64,000 nt of DNA from a phage, in the sequence record PZ386948.1. One strand, given 5' to 3'. The position numbers were made by a program, and so were the translations under genes. Positions 30,623 through 40,694 of this stretch are shown here, in pieces (positions within the stretch are counted from its first letter, which is position 1; the number at the start of each line of letters is the position of its first letter). The notes below the pieces were generated by a model. It ran no database searches. It was not told the DNA's origin and saw only the letters and a list, made by a program, of their open reading frames with translations.

Positions 30623-30664
30623 ATATACCCCTTTAGTTAGATAAACCTATTTATAACTTTTGCA

Positions 30665-31246
30665 CTAACCGAGCTTTTTAGTTAATTCATTCCAATGTTT
30701 TCTACACAAAGAAACATAAATTTCATCACCAATACAGATTTGATTACCTTCTTTAACTGGTGTTCCATCTTCCATTAATCGAGCTGTCATAATAGCTTTT
30801 TTACCACAATGACAAACTGCCTTTAGTTCAATAAGTTTATCTGCAATCGCCAAAAGTTCTTTAGAACCTTCAAATAATTTTCCAGCGAAATCAGTCCTTA
30901 GCCCATAAGCCATAACAGGAACATTATATGTATCAACAATTCGACTTAATTGATGCACCTGTTTAGTTTTTAAAAACTGAGCTTCATCTACAAATACACA
31001 ATGAATATCTTTTTGTGCTTCAGCCCATTTATAGAACTCAAAAATATCCATATCATCCGTAATAATATTCGCTTCCTGCTTAATTCCAATGCGAGAAACG
31101 ACTTCACAGACAGAATCACGAGTATCAATAGCAGGCTTAAGAACTAATACACCCATTCCGCGTTCTTTATAATTATGTGCAGCAGTCAAAAGAGAAGCAG
31201 ATTTTCCAGCATTCATTGCTGCGTAAGTAAAAATTAAACTCGCCAT
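30665..31246 (-). CDS. tk: thymidine kinase
   Basis: 193 aa; P-loop AAMNAGKSASLL; C-terminal zinc cysteines. Confidence 0.9.
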   Translation of the reverse strand: MASLIFTYAAMNAGKSASLLTAAHNYKERGMGVLVLKPAIDTRDSVCEVVSRIGIKQEANIITDDMDIFEFYKWAEAQKDIHCVFVDEAQFLKTKQVHQLSRIVDTYNVPVMAYGLRTDFAGKLFEGSKELLAIADKLIELKAVCHCGKKAIMTARLMEDGTPVKEGNQICIGDEIYVSLCRKHWNELTKKLG

Positions 31247-31255
31247 ATCACCTTC

Positions 31256-31441
31256 TTAAAGCGTATTCACATAAGCTATTAATTCGTTTTCTTTCTTATC
31301 AAACCGATCAGCAAATTCTTCTTGCTGATCGGGAGATAGCGGGCCGTATTCATCATAAAAGGTGTTTGCTTCTGTATGCTCATCTAGAAGTTCATGGATA
31401 AGCTCAAACAATTTATCTTTTTGTTCTTTACTCAGACTCAT
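31256..31441 (-). CDS. hypothetical protein
   Basis: 61 aa acidic ORF. Confidence 0.45.
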   Translation of the reverse strand: MSLSKEQKDKLFELIHELLDEHTEANTFYDEYGPLSPDQQEEFADRFDKKENELIAYVNTL

Positions 31442-31607
31442 ATATTAATTTCCAGGAGTTTTAAAATAATTCGCTTTTGCTTAAATATTTCCATAGTTAA
31501 ATGACCAGTATCTTTTTGACCGATTCCAATGGCAAAACCTTTATTGACAGCGAGTTCAATTAAATTATCAAGCTCACGTAACACTTCATATTGTAACTCA
31601 AAACTAT

Positions 31608-31835
31608 TCATTTCGGTTTACCTTCTTTAACGAAATCAGGATAAGGATAAAATCCTGAATAAAATCCTTCACCTTTATGATTGATGCATCCTTTATTAGA
31701 ACAATAGCACCAATAATCGAAATCACAAGCCATTTCATCATTACATAAAGCAAAAACAACTGGCCATTCACACTTTTCGCAGTGGGCATTTTTAAGAATA
31801 CTGGTTTGGCTCATAACCATGTAACCTTTAAACAA
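31608..31835 (-). CDS. hypothetical Cys-rich protein
   Basis: 75 aa; CEKCEW...CNDEMACDFDYWCYCSNKGCINHKGEG. Confidence 0.4.
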   Translation of the reverse strand: MFKGYMVMSQTSILKNAHCEKCEWPVVFALCNDEMACDFDYWCYCSNKGCINHKGEGFYSGFYPYPDFVKEGKPK

Positions 31836-32023
31836 TATTCTTCTACATGTTGTTTACGACCTTTCCTATCAATAAAGGTATATTCAACGAATGTTCCAAT
31901 ATAGTCTTTATCTACATCATGTGGACTATTAATTGGGCATTTAGTACGGCAAATGCGTTCCCATTGACGAATAATTTCCACTTTGTTTTTAGGATCAAAC
32001 GGATGCGGGTAATGTACTTTCAT
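31811..32023 (-). CDS. hypothetical protein
   Basis: 70 aa ORF. Confidence 0.4.
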   Translation of the reverse strand: MKVHYPHPFDPKNKVEIIRQWERICRTKCPINSPHDVDKDYIGTFVEYTFIDRKGRKQHVEEYCLKVTWL

Positions 32024-32474
32024 AATCCACCACTATTAAATCAATATCAGGAGTAAACATGTCGATTAATTTAGAAACCTTATCCCAATCGCCGCCAGCA
32101 ATACCGCAACCTATGCGTGGAATGTAAATTACTGGTTTAAACAAAAGGGTTTCTGCCTGTAGATTTAATTCTATCATGCAGTTTACTAAAGCACCATAAT
32201 CAAGATTAGGACCCGGTTCGTATTGTGTATACAGGTTATAGCATATACCAAATCCCGTAGGACTATGTTTAAAAACAATAGACATATCGCCTAATTTATC
32301 ACGAGAACCGTACTCGGTAGTGGTTTTATCTATTTCTAAAATTTTGGGATAGGCTCTTGCTAATTGACCCGCTACGCCAGAGCCCATTGTGTGGAAGCAA
32401 TTGCACCCGTGCGCAATAATATTACCTTGAAGAAATAGGGCGACAATATCGCCCTTGATATATTTTACAATCAT
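31995..32474 (-). CDS. macro-domain protein (putative ADP-ribose binding/hydrolase)
   Basis: 159 aa; macro-like motifs IAHGCNCFHTMGSGVAGQL and IPRIGCGIAGGDW. Confidence 0.55.
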   Translation of the reverse strand: MIVKYIKGDIVALFLQGNIIAHGCNCFHTMGSGVAGQLARAYPKILEIDKTTTEYGSRDKLGDMSIVFKHSPTGFGICYNLYTQYEPGPNLDYGALVNCMIELNLQAETLLFKPVIYIPRIGCGIAGGDWDKVSKLIDMFTPDIDLIVVDYESTLPASV

Positions 32475-32812
32475 CTAGTACTCAATCCTCGATTATAAGA
32501 ATCTACTAAACGGTCAACCATTGAATGACAAGCGGCTTTATCTTTCTCCTCCGCAACTGAACATTCTAAAGTATTCCACTTTTTAGCATATCGTTTTAAC
32601 AATGTATCATTTTTATATCTGCTTGATTTATCTCTTTCTCCGTCTTTATATGCATATATTAATTTCTGCGCAAATTCAGCTTGGCATGCTTTATTTTTCC
32701 CACAATAATCCGCGGCAGTACGGTTTACATACTCTCTAATTTCAGTATATGATGTATCTGCTAACGCAGAAAATGAAATTAATCCTATACATAAAACCAA
32801 AATTTTAGTCAT
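32471..32812 (-). CDS. secreted/periplasmic protein
   Basis: 113 aa; N-terminal signal peptide MTKILVLCIGLISFSALA; four Cys. Confidence 0.45.
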   Translation of the reverse strand: MTKILVLCIGLISFSALADTSYTEIREYVNRTAADYCGKNKACQAEFAQKLIYAYKDGERDKSSRYKNDTLLKRYAKKWNTLECSVAEEKDKAACHSMVDRLVDSYNRGLSTR

Positions 32813-33350
32813 TTACTATTTCCAAAAGTTTATTATTTTTAAGGTAATTAGCCTTTTCTAGGACTTCAGAAGCATATTTAGAACCAGCTTTAACATTCCA
32901 TCCCGAATTATAAGAGGATATTGCTTTTCTTATATCGCCCTTATGTATATTTAACCAATAAGAAAGTTCAATGTACGCCCAGGAAGCTGAATTGGATCGT
33001 TTATTCAACATTCTTTTTATTTCAGCATCGGTCATATTATAACCAAGTTCCTTAACTCTTGCTCGCATAGTAGGCAAATAATTTTGGAACATTCCATAAG
33101 CGTGATGCTTTGGTTTAGATTTTAAATTAACTCCGCCAGAGCTTTCTTGCCATAAAATAGCAGCCATTATATGACCTAATCCGCTCTTGTGGATATTTTT
33201 GTGTGTTTTATATTTTCCATCCTTAGAAAATTGTTCCCCGAATTGATACGCGTAACGCATGTTATCGAGTTGGACATTACTGAAAGTATGCTCGGAGCTA
33301 TGTGCCATCATTGAAATGGCCAATAGACCAGCGAGTAGTGCTTTTCTCAT
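32805..33350 (-). CDS. secreted protein, possible lytic transglycosylase-like
   Basis: 181 aa; signal peptide MRKALLAGLLAISMMAHS; QESSG and YNSG motifs reminiscent of SLT domain (weak). Confidence 0.4.
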   Translation of the reverse strand: MRKALLAGLLAISMMAHSSEHTFSNVQLDNMRYAYQFGEQFSKDGKYKTHKNIHKSGLGHIMAAILWQESSGGVNLKSKPKHHAYGMFQNYLPTMRARVKELGYNMTDAEIKRMLNKRSNSASWAYIELSYWLNIHKGDIRKAISSYNSGWNVKAGSKYASEVLEKANYLKNNKLLEIVND

Positions 33351-33357
33351 GCTTACC

Positions 33358-33819
33358 TCATTGAGTTTTAATTACTGCTTTAGAAGCCTTTCCTGGTAAA
33401 CGACGACTGTTAATAATTGCCATCCTACATTGAAGTGACGGGTCTTTGAACTTCGCATTAGGTTTACAAACTGTAAATCCAAGCCAAAGATTTCCATCTG
33501 TGATTTCTAAACGTCCAGGACGGTATTCAACCCCATCAATAAAATCCTCGTCAATGTCAGGACGCGGAGGCATACTCAGGAATTCATTAACTTCTAAAAC
33601 ATGGTCTTTTATTTTGTGGAATAATTCAAAAACATATGTCTCATCAATCTCCCGTTGAATTGCACGATCAAGAAGATGCTGAGAATATTTTAGATGAAAC
33701 GATGAGACCCCTGCTGCTTTTGATGCCTCACGAATCTCATTGTTAATTTGACGAAACTCCGACTCAAAGTGACGACGAAGCTTATTTCGACGGATAAAAA
33801 CTTCTGTGTTGATAGTCAT
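33358..33819 (-). CDS. regB: RegB site-specific endoribonuclease
   Basis: 153 aa; sequence and position match remembered T4 RegB. Confidence 0.75.
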   Translation of the reverse strand: MTINTEVFIRRNKLRRHFESEFRQINNEIREASKAAGVSSFHLKYSQHLLDRAIQREIDETYVFELFHKIKDHVLEVNEFLSMPPRPDIDEDFIDGVEYRPGRLEITDGNLWLGFTVCKPNAKFKDPSLQCRMAIINSRRLPGKASKAVIKTQ

Positions 33820-33878
33820 GTTATTCTCCTCTTAACTGATAGAAAAATTATACCACAGTCAAGAGGAAAAGTAAACAG

Positions 33879-34199
33879 TTATTCTTTAAATCTAATCAAT
33901 TTATTCATAGACTTTGAAACTTCTGCACGGACCTCATGAAGGTTTTTGAGCTGTTCAAGACGTTGCTCATAGTAAGCAATTTCATCTTCTTCAAGACAGT
34001 CCTGTGAATCTTCTTTAAGATAACGTGCATAGTCCTGAAAAGCTTTACGGACTACTTCCTGGAAGTCATCAAGACTTTGAATTTTCTTAGGAGCAGCAGA
34101 CACACGACGAGGGGCAGTATAATACTCATAACCAAACCCTGCGCTTAATTGAGCCATTAGTATTTTTCCTCTGGTTGGAACACAGCACGACAAGCCCAC
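33879..34199 (-). CDS. hypothetical protein
   Basis: 106 aa ORF. Confidence 0.4.
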   Translation of the reverse strand: MGLSCCVPTRGKILMAQLSAGFGYEYYTAPRRVSAAPKKIQSLDDFQEVVRKAFQDYARYLKEDSQDCLEEDEIAYYEQRLEQLKNLHEVRAEVSKSMNKLIRFKE

Positions 34200-34459
34200 A
34201 TACTGGCTTCTTTGAGTTTCGTTTTAGCAATAGCTAAATGATCGAGGCTTTCAGCGTAATTCTTCGCGAGTTCAAAGTCTTCGCAATTATCTAGTGCTTC
34301 CCAGAATTCATCATATAAAGCATCAAAGATAAGTCCTAAACGAACTTCAGCGTCTTTAATAGCATTTACTTTACCGATTTTTTCGTCGGTATGTGGCTTA
34401 TAACCTTTAATATCTTCAATCATATTTGACTTCCTCACCAGTACATAAATCGTATTCAA
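34157..34459 (-). CDS. hypothetical protein
   Basis: 100 aa ORF. Confidence 0.4.
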   Translation of the reverse strand: MNTIYVLVRKSNMIEDIKGYKPHTDEKIGKVNAIKDAEVRLGLIFDALYDEFWEALDNCEDFELAKNYAESLDHLAIAKTKLKEASMWACRAVFQPEEKY

Positions 34460-34637
34460 CTAAACGAATAGGTTCATGAATGCCATATCCTTGAACAGAA
34501 ATTTCTGTCGTAGGATAAATTCCATTAATATCACCCATGTTCCATGCTTCGTTAAATTGCTGTTCGCCTGAATTACTAAACCACTCGGCGAAAGCATTTA
34601 GCACATCTTCAGAACCTTCAATAATTATCTTTGCCAT
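34416..34637 (-). CDS. hypothetical protein
   Basis: 73 aa ORF. Confidence 0.4.
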   Translation of the reverse strand: MAKIIIEGSEDVLNAFAEWFSNSGEQQFNEAWNMGDINGIYPTTEISVQGYGIHEPIRLVEYDLCTGEEVKYD

Positions 34638-34999
34638 TACAAACTCTCGGTGAAGGTACGAGCGATAACGTCGCGCTGCTGTTCCGGAGTCAGAGAGTTA
34701 AAGCGAACTGCATAACCGGATACACGGATGGTCAGCTGCGGATATTTTTCCGGATGCTTAACTGCATCTTCCAGAGTTTCACGACGCAGAACGTTAACGT
34801 TCAGGTGTTGACCACCTTCAATTTTAACTGTAGGCTGTTGCTCAATTTCAATTTCACGGGCATGCAAACCATAGAAAATTTCTGGGTCTACAAAAGAGTC
34901 CTCTTTAAAGGTTTTAGAGACAATAATTCGTGCTTGAATACCATCTTCAAAATAAATAGTACCTTTATGTGTGCCTTCAAGAATTTGATATGCTTTCAT
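34637..34999 (-). CDS. autonomous glycyl-radical cofactor (GrcA/YfiD-like)
   Basis: 120 aa; C-terminal glycyl-radical motif [13 protein letters not shown]. Confidence 0.8.
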   Translation of the reverse strand: MKAYQILEGTHKGTIYFEDGIQARIIVSKTFKEDSFVDPEIFYGLHAREIEIEQQPTVKIEGGQHLNVNVLRRETLEDAVKHPEKYPQLTIRVSGYAVRFNSLTPEQQRDVIARTFTESL

Positions 35000-35005
35000 A
35001 TAACC

Positions 35006-35386
35006 TCAATTAGAAAATAAATTTATCCAAGATTGTTCTTTAATTAAAAATGGCTCAGAATCATATGCCATTAAACTCTGTGTGATTAGTCCTTTAAAAG
35101 GCCCATCAATAAATTCCATGGTAAAATATGGAATTTTATTCATTAGCCGTGCATTAGGAGCCGTGCACAAAACTCTGCATCCTTTGAATACGCCTTTTTG
35201 TAATTTGTATTGCTTGGGATAAAATTCGCTCAAAATGTTATTTTTTGCCAAAATTTCAAAATGATTCACCAATTTATTTTTAATAGTTTTTGGCGAAAAA
35301 TAAAGATATTCGAAAAGCTGAGTGTCTGTCATCATTGCATTCCGATTACGAAAAACTGTGGACGAGTAATACCACCAATGCAACAT
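35006..35386 (-). CDS. hypothetical protein
   Basis: 126 aa ORF. Confidence 0.4.
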   Translation of the reverse strand: MLHWWYYSSTVFRNRNAMMTDTQLFEYLYFSPKTIKNKLVNHFEILAKNNILSEFYPKQYKLQKGVFKGCRVLCTAPNARLMNKIPYFTMEFIDGPFKGLITQSLMAYDSEPFLIKEQSWINLFSN

Positions 35387-35871
35387 TTAATATTACAGCA
35401 GCAGTGTACAGTGTCAATATGGACACTATAAATCTTATCCATATCAGGAGATTTGACAGGCTCATCAATTATATACAAAATTCGCGAAAGCGATAAACCT
35501 CTGAACTTGCTTCCTTTATTACCAATAAAACTGCGCACAGAATCAGTAAATAAACGAAAACGTATATCATCATTAGAATAACGCGAAAATTCCTTTTTAA
35601 TATTATCTGCGGAAATTTTAGCGTAAGCTGAAGTATTAGAAAGAACAATAACTGTTCCACCGTCATACAACCAATTAGCGGCAAAATTAGTTACTGCAGT
35701 TGATTTACCAGATTGACGCCCACCATCTAGTCGAAGTGTACAATACTGTTTAAGTAAGTCTTCAAATGGCGGGATATATTCGTTTTTACAAATTTCTTCT
35801 ACTCTAGCATCAGAATGGTGTGTAAAAGCATTCATCAGGGATAGATAAGGACCAGTTAAAAATGTTCTCAT
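35332..35871 (-). CDS. P-loop protein with C-terminal Cys cluster
   Basis: Walker A-like GGRQSGKST; C-terminal CCCNIKCC; start set at MRTFLTG. Confidence 0.45.
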   Translation of the reverse strand: MRTFLTGPYLSLMNAFTHHSDARVEEICKNEYIPPFEDLLKQYCTLRLDGGRQSGKSTAVTNFAANWLYDGGTVIVLSNTSAYAKISADNIKKEFSRYSNDDIRFRLFTDSVRSFIGNKGSKFRGLSLSRILYIIDEPVKSPDMDKIYSVHIDTVHCCCNIKCCIGGITRPQFFVIGMQ

Positions 35872-36016
35872 TTTGTTCTCTCTAGGTTTGGGCCATTCCA
35901 TGGCGCATGAATTGTCCATTTCTGTATTTACCCATTACCGCACTTGGGCTCGACCTTATTACAGGTTGGCGGGAATCCCTCACAGAATCATGAGGTCCAG
36001 GTTATTCCCATGTTAT

Positions 36017-36433
36017 TTAAATGTAAATATTTTTGCCGTAATACTTATACCAGTGTGGCTTCATTAAAATTTTTTCATCGAGTCGTTGTTGACTCAACTT
36101 AATAGCTGATTTGCATGGATTATAATCATTTTTCCATTCTACTGGAATATCGCTGATGTCAGGAACTTCAGTATCTTTTATACTGAACCCGCGTTTTAAG
36201 CATTCCGTTATAATGTCCGATTGACGCTTTCGCAAAAATTCTAACTTATCGTAAAAGAAAGTAACATGACCAGAACCTAAAATAAATTTAGAAGATATTT
36301 TAAAATCTTTAACGCGCTTACCGTTTGCCACATGCTTACGAACTATACCAAAAACACGCGGCAATTCACGGTATTCTGCGATTAAATGTTGATCAGCAAG
36401 TTCAGATACTAAAGTCAAATTAATACGAGTCAT
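36017..36433 (-). CDS. denV: endonuclease V (pyrimidine-dimer DNA glycosylase)
   Basis: 138 aa [28 protein letters not shown]... matches remembered T4 DenV. Confidence 0.9.
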   Translation of the reverse strand: MTRINLTLVSELADQHLIAEYRELPRVFGIVRKHVANGKRVKDFKISSKFILGSGHVTFFYDKLEFLRKRQSDIITECLKRGFSIKDTEVPDISDIPVEWKNDYNPCKSAIKLSQQRLDEKILMKPHWYKYYGKNIYI

Positions 36434-36492
36434 TTTATCCCTCCAAGTAACTGTGAATATACTATCACAATTCTAGGAGAAAGTAAACAACT

Positions 36493-37023
<531 letters not shown>

Positions 37024-37479
37024 TTAAAAGAGGCTGTTCATTATTCGGTAAAGTGAAGGACCCATCACATATTGCCACTGAGTACGAGGAATAAGGGCAA
37101 AAGCATCCATCTCTGGAATCATAACACCATCTTTATTTTCAAAATAAGACTCGCAATGGCAATTTCTGAACATCTCATGCTCTACTGGAATCGTATAATA
37201 AAATAACTGTAAGTCTTTATTACTAGAATATTTAAATACACCTAGGTCTTCTAGAAGGTCTGGATTATAATTGCTAAAACCGGTCTCTTCTAAGCATTCT
37301 CTTTTTGCAGCTTCCAGTGCATTCAAATCAGAACTTTCTACGCGGCCCTTTGGAATATCCCAGCGATGTGCCATCATTCCAGGCTTACGAGAACCAGTAA
37401 CCCGACCCATAAATAAATCTTTATCTTCTGTCATAAAGATAATACCAGCTGATAGTGTTTTCATTTTAATTTCCTGCAT
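37024..37479 (-). CDS. nudE: Nudix hydrolase (NudE-like)
   Basis: Nudix box GRVESSDLNALEAAKRECLEETG; position after e as T4 e.1. Confidence 0.8.
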   Translation of the reverse strand: MQEIKMKTLSAGIIFMTEDKDLFMGRVTGSRKPGMMAHRWDIPKGRVESSDLNALEAAKRECLEETGFSNYNPDLLEDLGVFKYSSNKDLQLFYYTIPVEHEMFRNCHCESYFENKDGVMIPEMDAFALIPRTQWQYVMGPSLYRIMNSLF

Positions 37480-37652
37480 TCAGTGATAAAGTTATTTAAA
37501 TTTTGAGTATATTTCTTTTCATCAAAAATCTTTTGTTGTCTGCGTAAACGCCATGGCATTTCAATGAACATACGCCATATTCCTGATAATACTGCTGCTG
37601 TAAAAATATTAACAAGTATAGTTAAAAGAACCCAATCTCCTATTCTGTCCAT
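37461..37652 (-). CDS. small membrane protein
   Basis: 63 aa with hydrophobic N-terminus. Confidence 0.4.
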   Translation of the reverse strand: MDRIGDWVLLTILVNIFTAAVLSGIWRMFIEMPWRLRRQQKIFDEKKYTQNLNNFITECRKLK

Positions 37653-37950
37653 TGGATTTTTTTATAAAAAAGTAAAATACGAACGATGATATAGGAAGAC
37701 TAATGATATACCACAGAAGAACCTTCTTATCTGTGAACCAATCAGCATTCGTTAACTTAGCGCGACCGTTTTGAATACATACGAACTTATCATCTGTTAC
37801 AGTAAATGGCTTAGCTGCTTGATATCCCATTCTAAACTCCCTAATCAACAAATTTTTCATATCTTCGGAACAACCATTCCAGTCAACTCTATCAACTGAA
37901 ATGCCATCATCCCCATCATCTAAATCATACCAGCGAGTTTTTAAAATCAT
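37609..37950 (-). CDS. membrane protein
   Basis: 113 aa; C-terminal TM segment. Confidence 0.4.
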   Translation of the reverse strand: MILKTRWYDLDDGDDGISVDRVDWNGCSEDMKNLLIREFRMGYQAAKPFTVTDDKFVCIQNGRAKLTNADWFTDKKVLLWYIISLPISSFVFYFFIKKSNGQNRRLGSFNYTC

Positions 37951-38309
37951 TTAATTTTCCTACAATCACTCACAAACTCTTTCATTGACTCATTTTCAAT
38001 ATAAGACATGTAGCTATTATATTCTTTTAATTGTATTTTGTAATCTTTTTTTCTTTGCCAATTTATTTTAAAATTATCATAATGAAAATATAAAATGATA
38101 CCAAAGAATGAAAACAATGAAATAATTTTAGTATAACAAAGCTCACTCCAAACTTCTGTTATATTTACTGTGCCGTCGATGTTTAAAATAAGACAGTCAA
38201 TTAACAATCCAAAAAGACTACCTGCAAGAGCTGCAGCCAACGCCACAGCAAAAATTAAAAATGACTCAGAAAACGAATATTTGACTTTATTTAGTTTTGG
38301 CTTTTGCAT
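37947..38309 (-). CDS. membrane protein
   Basis: 120 aa; two hydrophobic segments. Confidence 0.4.
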   Translation of the reverse strand: MQKPKLNKVKYSFSESFLIFAVALAAALAGSLFGLLIDCLILNIDGTVNITEVWSELCYTKIISLFSFFGIILYFHYDNFKINWQRKKDYKIQLKEYNSYMSYIENESMKEFVSDCRKIK

Positions 38310-38704
38310 CGTGATTCCTTAACAAATTTCATAATTTCATCAAATTCATACGCAGCAAGTTTAAGCTGATGTTCCTTTTTAATCTTTTTACACTGTGCTT
38401 TCCAATCACGCACGCGTTTACGATAATGCCTTCCTTGATACCAGTATCCTACCCAATTTACGGGTACTAATAAAAGTGGAACTATTAATGGAAGAATTAG
38501 CATTAACACAAGTATTTCGCCAGAATCAATATCAGTCATAACATCTAAAACACCTCCAATAATCAATAGAATTACAAATGATATGAGTATAACAGGACCT
38601 ATTAACACATCAGTAGAAATTATCTGACGCTTTAATTCATACTTCAACGGTTTACTTGGAAGGTATAGTGATGGCTTTGACATATTCTCTACATTCCTTA
38701 ACAA
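38291..38704 (-). CDS. membrane protein
   Basis: 137 aa; two TM segments. Confidence 0.4.
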   Translation of the reverse strand: MLRNVENMSKPSLYLPSKPLKYELKRQIISTDVLIGPVILISFVILLIIGGVLDVMTDIDSGEILVLMLILPLIVPLLLVPVNWVGYWYQGRHYRKRVRDWKAQCKKIKKEHQLKLAAYEFDEIMKFVKESRCKSQN

Positions 38705-39266
38705 ATTTTTCTAGTAATAAATCACTTTCAAAATTGGGATTTTCTACAAATTTATCAAAAAGATCATCAACAATAGTTAAGATATTCTTTTTACTAAGAA
38801 TACGTTTATTTTCATGCTTCGTTTCAGAATCAACTATAAGAGTAAAGAAATATTTCTTGCCCTGAAATTTTACAGTAGTATCAATATAAAATAAATTTGA
38901 CTTTTGTAAATTACGTTTAAACCATGCGTCACTTAAACTATAAACACCGAGATAATCAAAATCGTCGTTTAAATAACAAACCGTCCATTCAGGAGAAATG
39001 AAATCAGTAAATTCAACATCAAAATCACACGTCAATGAATGAATTGATTCAATACTGTTAATGAGTATTCCAGGACGTATTAAAGACTTTTTACCTCTAG
39101 AAAATCTTCCGGAAAGGCTTTCATCAGTTTCATATGAAGACCCCCAATAGTAATTACGTCCTTCTGCCATGCGTTTAAGAGCATTTAGTAATTGGTCTGG
39201 AACATCAACCTGTCTTTGGAACTCTTCAAACATTGAATTGAAATCACTTTGCATTTTCATTTTCAT
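38652..39266 (-). CDS. hypothetical protein
   Basis: 204 aa ORF. Confidence 0.45.
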   Translation of the reverse strand: MKMKMQSDFNSMFEEFQRQVDVPDQLLNALKRMAEGRNYYWGSSYETDESLSGRFSRGKKSLIRPGILINSIESIHSLTCDFDVEFTDFISPEWTVCYLNDDFDYLGVYSLSDAWFKRNLQKSNLFYIDTTVKFQGKKYFFTLIVDSETKHENKRILSKKNILTIVDDLFDKFVENPNFESDLLLEKFVKECREYVKAITIPSK

Positions 39267-39286
39267 TCCTATTTACTCCAAGTATA

Positions 39287-39304
39287 AGGGGCCGAAGCCC
39301 CTTA
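39287..39304 (-). terminator. UUCG-tetraloop hairpin
   Basis: aaggggccgaagcccctt. Confidence 0.45.
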
Positions 39305-39307
39305 TCA

Positions 39308-39901
39308 TTATTTCAGAGAATTAATGTATTCCTGAACATCGGCAGAGGTAGTTTCAACCCCAGAAATATTACCGTTAAAGGTTTCAACTCGAGCAAGGGT
39401 ATCTTCAATATCAACCTTAGTCAGTGCTGCAATTTCAACTACATCATCAGCAGTACTAATTCCAAGGGCATTTGCTGCACGAGTTTCACGGATATATTCC
39501 AATTTAACTGCAAGTTCTTGGCGAGCATCATCCAATTCAACTACTTTCTTGGCGATTTCAATTCGCATTTCAGCATAACCATCAGCTTTAGTAGTCAACT
39601 GTTCAGCTGTTCGACGATATAGCAAGCCGAGTTTAGCATGCATTGTTACATCTTGACTTTCAGAAAGAAGCTTGCGAATTTCACGCTCTTTTGATTCGGC
39701 CTGTCGATTCTTTTCGACAATAAGTTCACGAATACGTTTTTCTTCATTAATAGATTTAACAGAAGCAGTTTTTAGATCTTTAATTTTATCAAGTAGTTTT
39801 GCTGCTGCAGCAGTATACTGTTCTTCGACAGATAGATTTTTAGCCATAGCAGAACCAAGTTTAGTGCGAATAAACTCAACAATTTTCTTCAGTGTGTTCA
39901 T
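39308..39901 (-). CDS. coiled-coil protein, possibly PspA/IM30-like
   Basis: 197 aa, almost entirely heptad-like helical sequence; family guess weak. Confidence 0.4.
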   Translation of the reverse strand: MNTLKKIVEFIRTKLGSAMAKNLSVEEQYTAAAAKLLDKIKDLKTASVKSINEEKRIRELIVEKNRQAESKEREIRKLLSESQDVTMHAKLGLLYRRTAEQLTTKADGYAEMRIEIAKKVVELDDARQELAVKLEYIRETRAANALGISTADDVVEIAALTKVDIEDTLARVETFNGNISGVETTSADVQEYINSLK

Positions 39902-40189
39902 AGTATTTCCTTAGGTTGATTAAGATTTAAAATCCGTGAGAGTATTATACTCCGGATAGTTTGTAAACTATTTCAACATCGCCTTTTGCTGCTTTATAAC
40001 CTTCAGCCCAAGATATAACCGAGTTTTTATCTGAAGATTCAAATTCTGGCATTGGGCTTTCGCCAATGTTCACGCAGTATGTTTCTTCATTTTCGTCGAA
40101 CCAAATAATTAAAGTAGTCATTTATTTCTCCGTTTCTGTATTTGTTTTGATAAGTCTATAATAACACCGTCCTTGGTGTTTGTACACAA

Positions 40190-40453
40190 TTATTTCATAT
40201 TATTGAAATATTCTTCTGCGATTTCGTCGTTATCATGGTAAACTTTAGAAGACAGTTTAACATAACCTTCAGCAGTGAACATGTTAATCACAACCTTTAC
40301 AGTATACCACTGACCATCTTCATTACCCATTACTGCGTAAGTTTCAAACATCGGATGGTCAGGACCGATAACTTTAATATCATTCACTGTACGACCGAAA
40401 TCTTCTGAAACACATTTCATAAAGAAGTTGAACAGCTCACCGTAATTATCCAT
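40190..40453 (-). CDS. hypothetical protein
   Basis: Start set at MDNYGELF with GGAG RBS; 5' ORF extension is promoter repeat. Confidence 0.4.
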   Translation of the reverse strand: MDNYGELFNFFMKCVSEDFGRTVNDIKVIGPDHPMFETYAVMGNEDGQWYTVKVVINMFTAEGYVKLSSKVYHDNDEIAEEYFNNMK

Positions 40454-40496
40454 TTCATTCTCCAAGTTGTTTTCTGTATCAGTAGTTGATAGTTGT

Positions 40497-40526
40497 ATAG
40501 TACCATGGAAGGACAAGGATGTAAAC
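40497..40526 (-). promoter_or_regulatory. early-type promoter (GTTTACA-17-TGGTACTAT)
   Basis: Same motif family, upstream of ORF start 40453. Confidence 0.5.
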
Positions 40527-40659
40527 CGTTTTGTGAAAAAATTTTTAAAAAGTTTTGGGGAATTCTAGGGCAGGAAGGGGAAATCAAAGGATAGGATAAT
40601 ATATTATAAAGGGTAGAAACTAAATGATGTCTAGAGAGGCCTGGAAAGGCCTAGATACC

Positions 40660-40687
40660 AAAAAGCCCCAACCTTTCGGTCGGGGCT
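40660..40687 (-). terminator. intrinsic terminator, copy 1 of repeated hairpin
   Basis: aaaaagccccaacctttcggtcggggct; GC stem plus U-tract on minus strand; identical copy at 41205-41232. Confidence 0.6.
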
Positions 40688-40694
40688 AAGAATG

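Noticed and set aside
39925-40190. Possible additional small gene or RNA between 39901 and 40190
   Set aside because: Only short frames; contains a promoter-like GTTTACA...TAATAC element but no convincing ORF.
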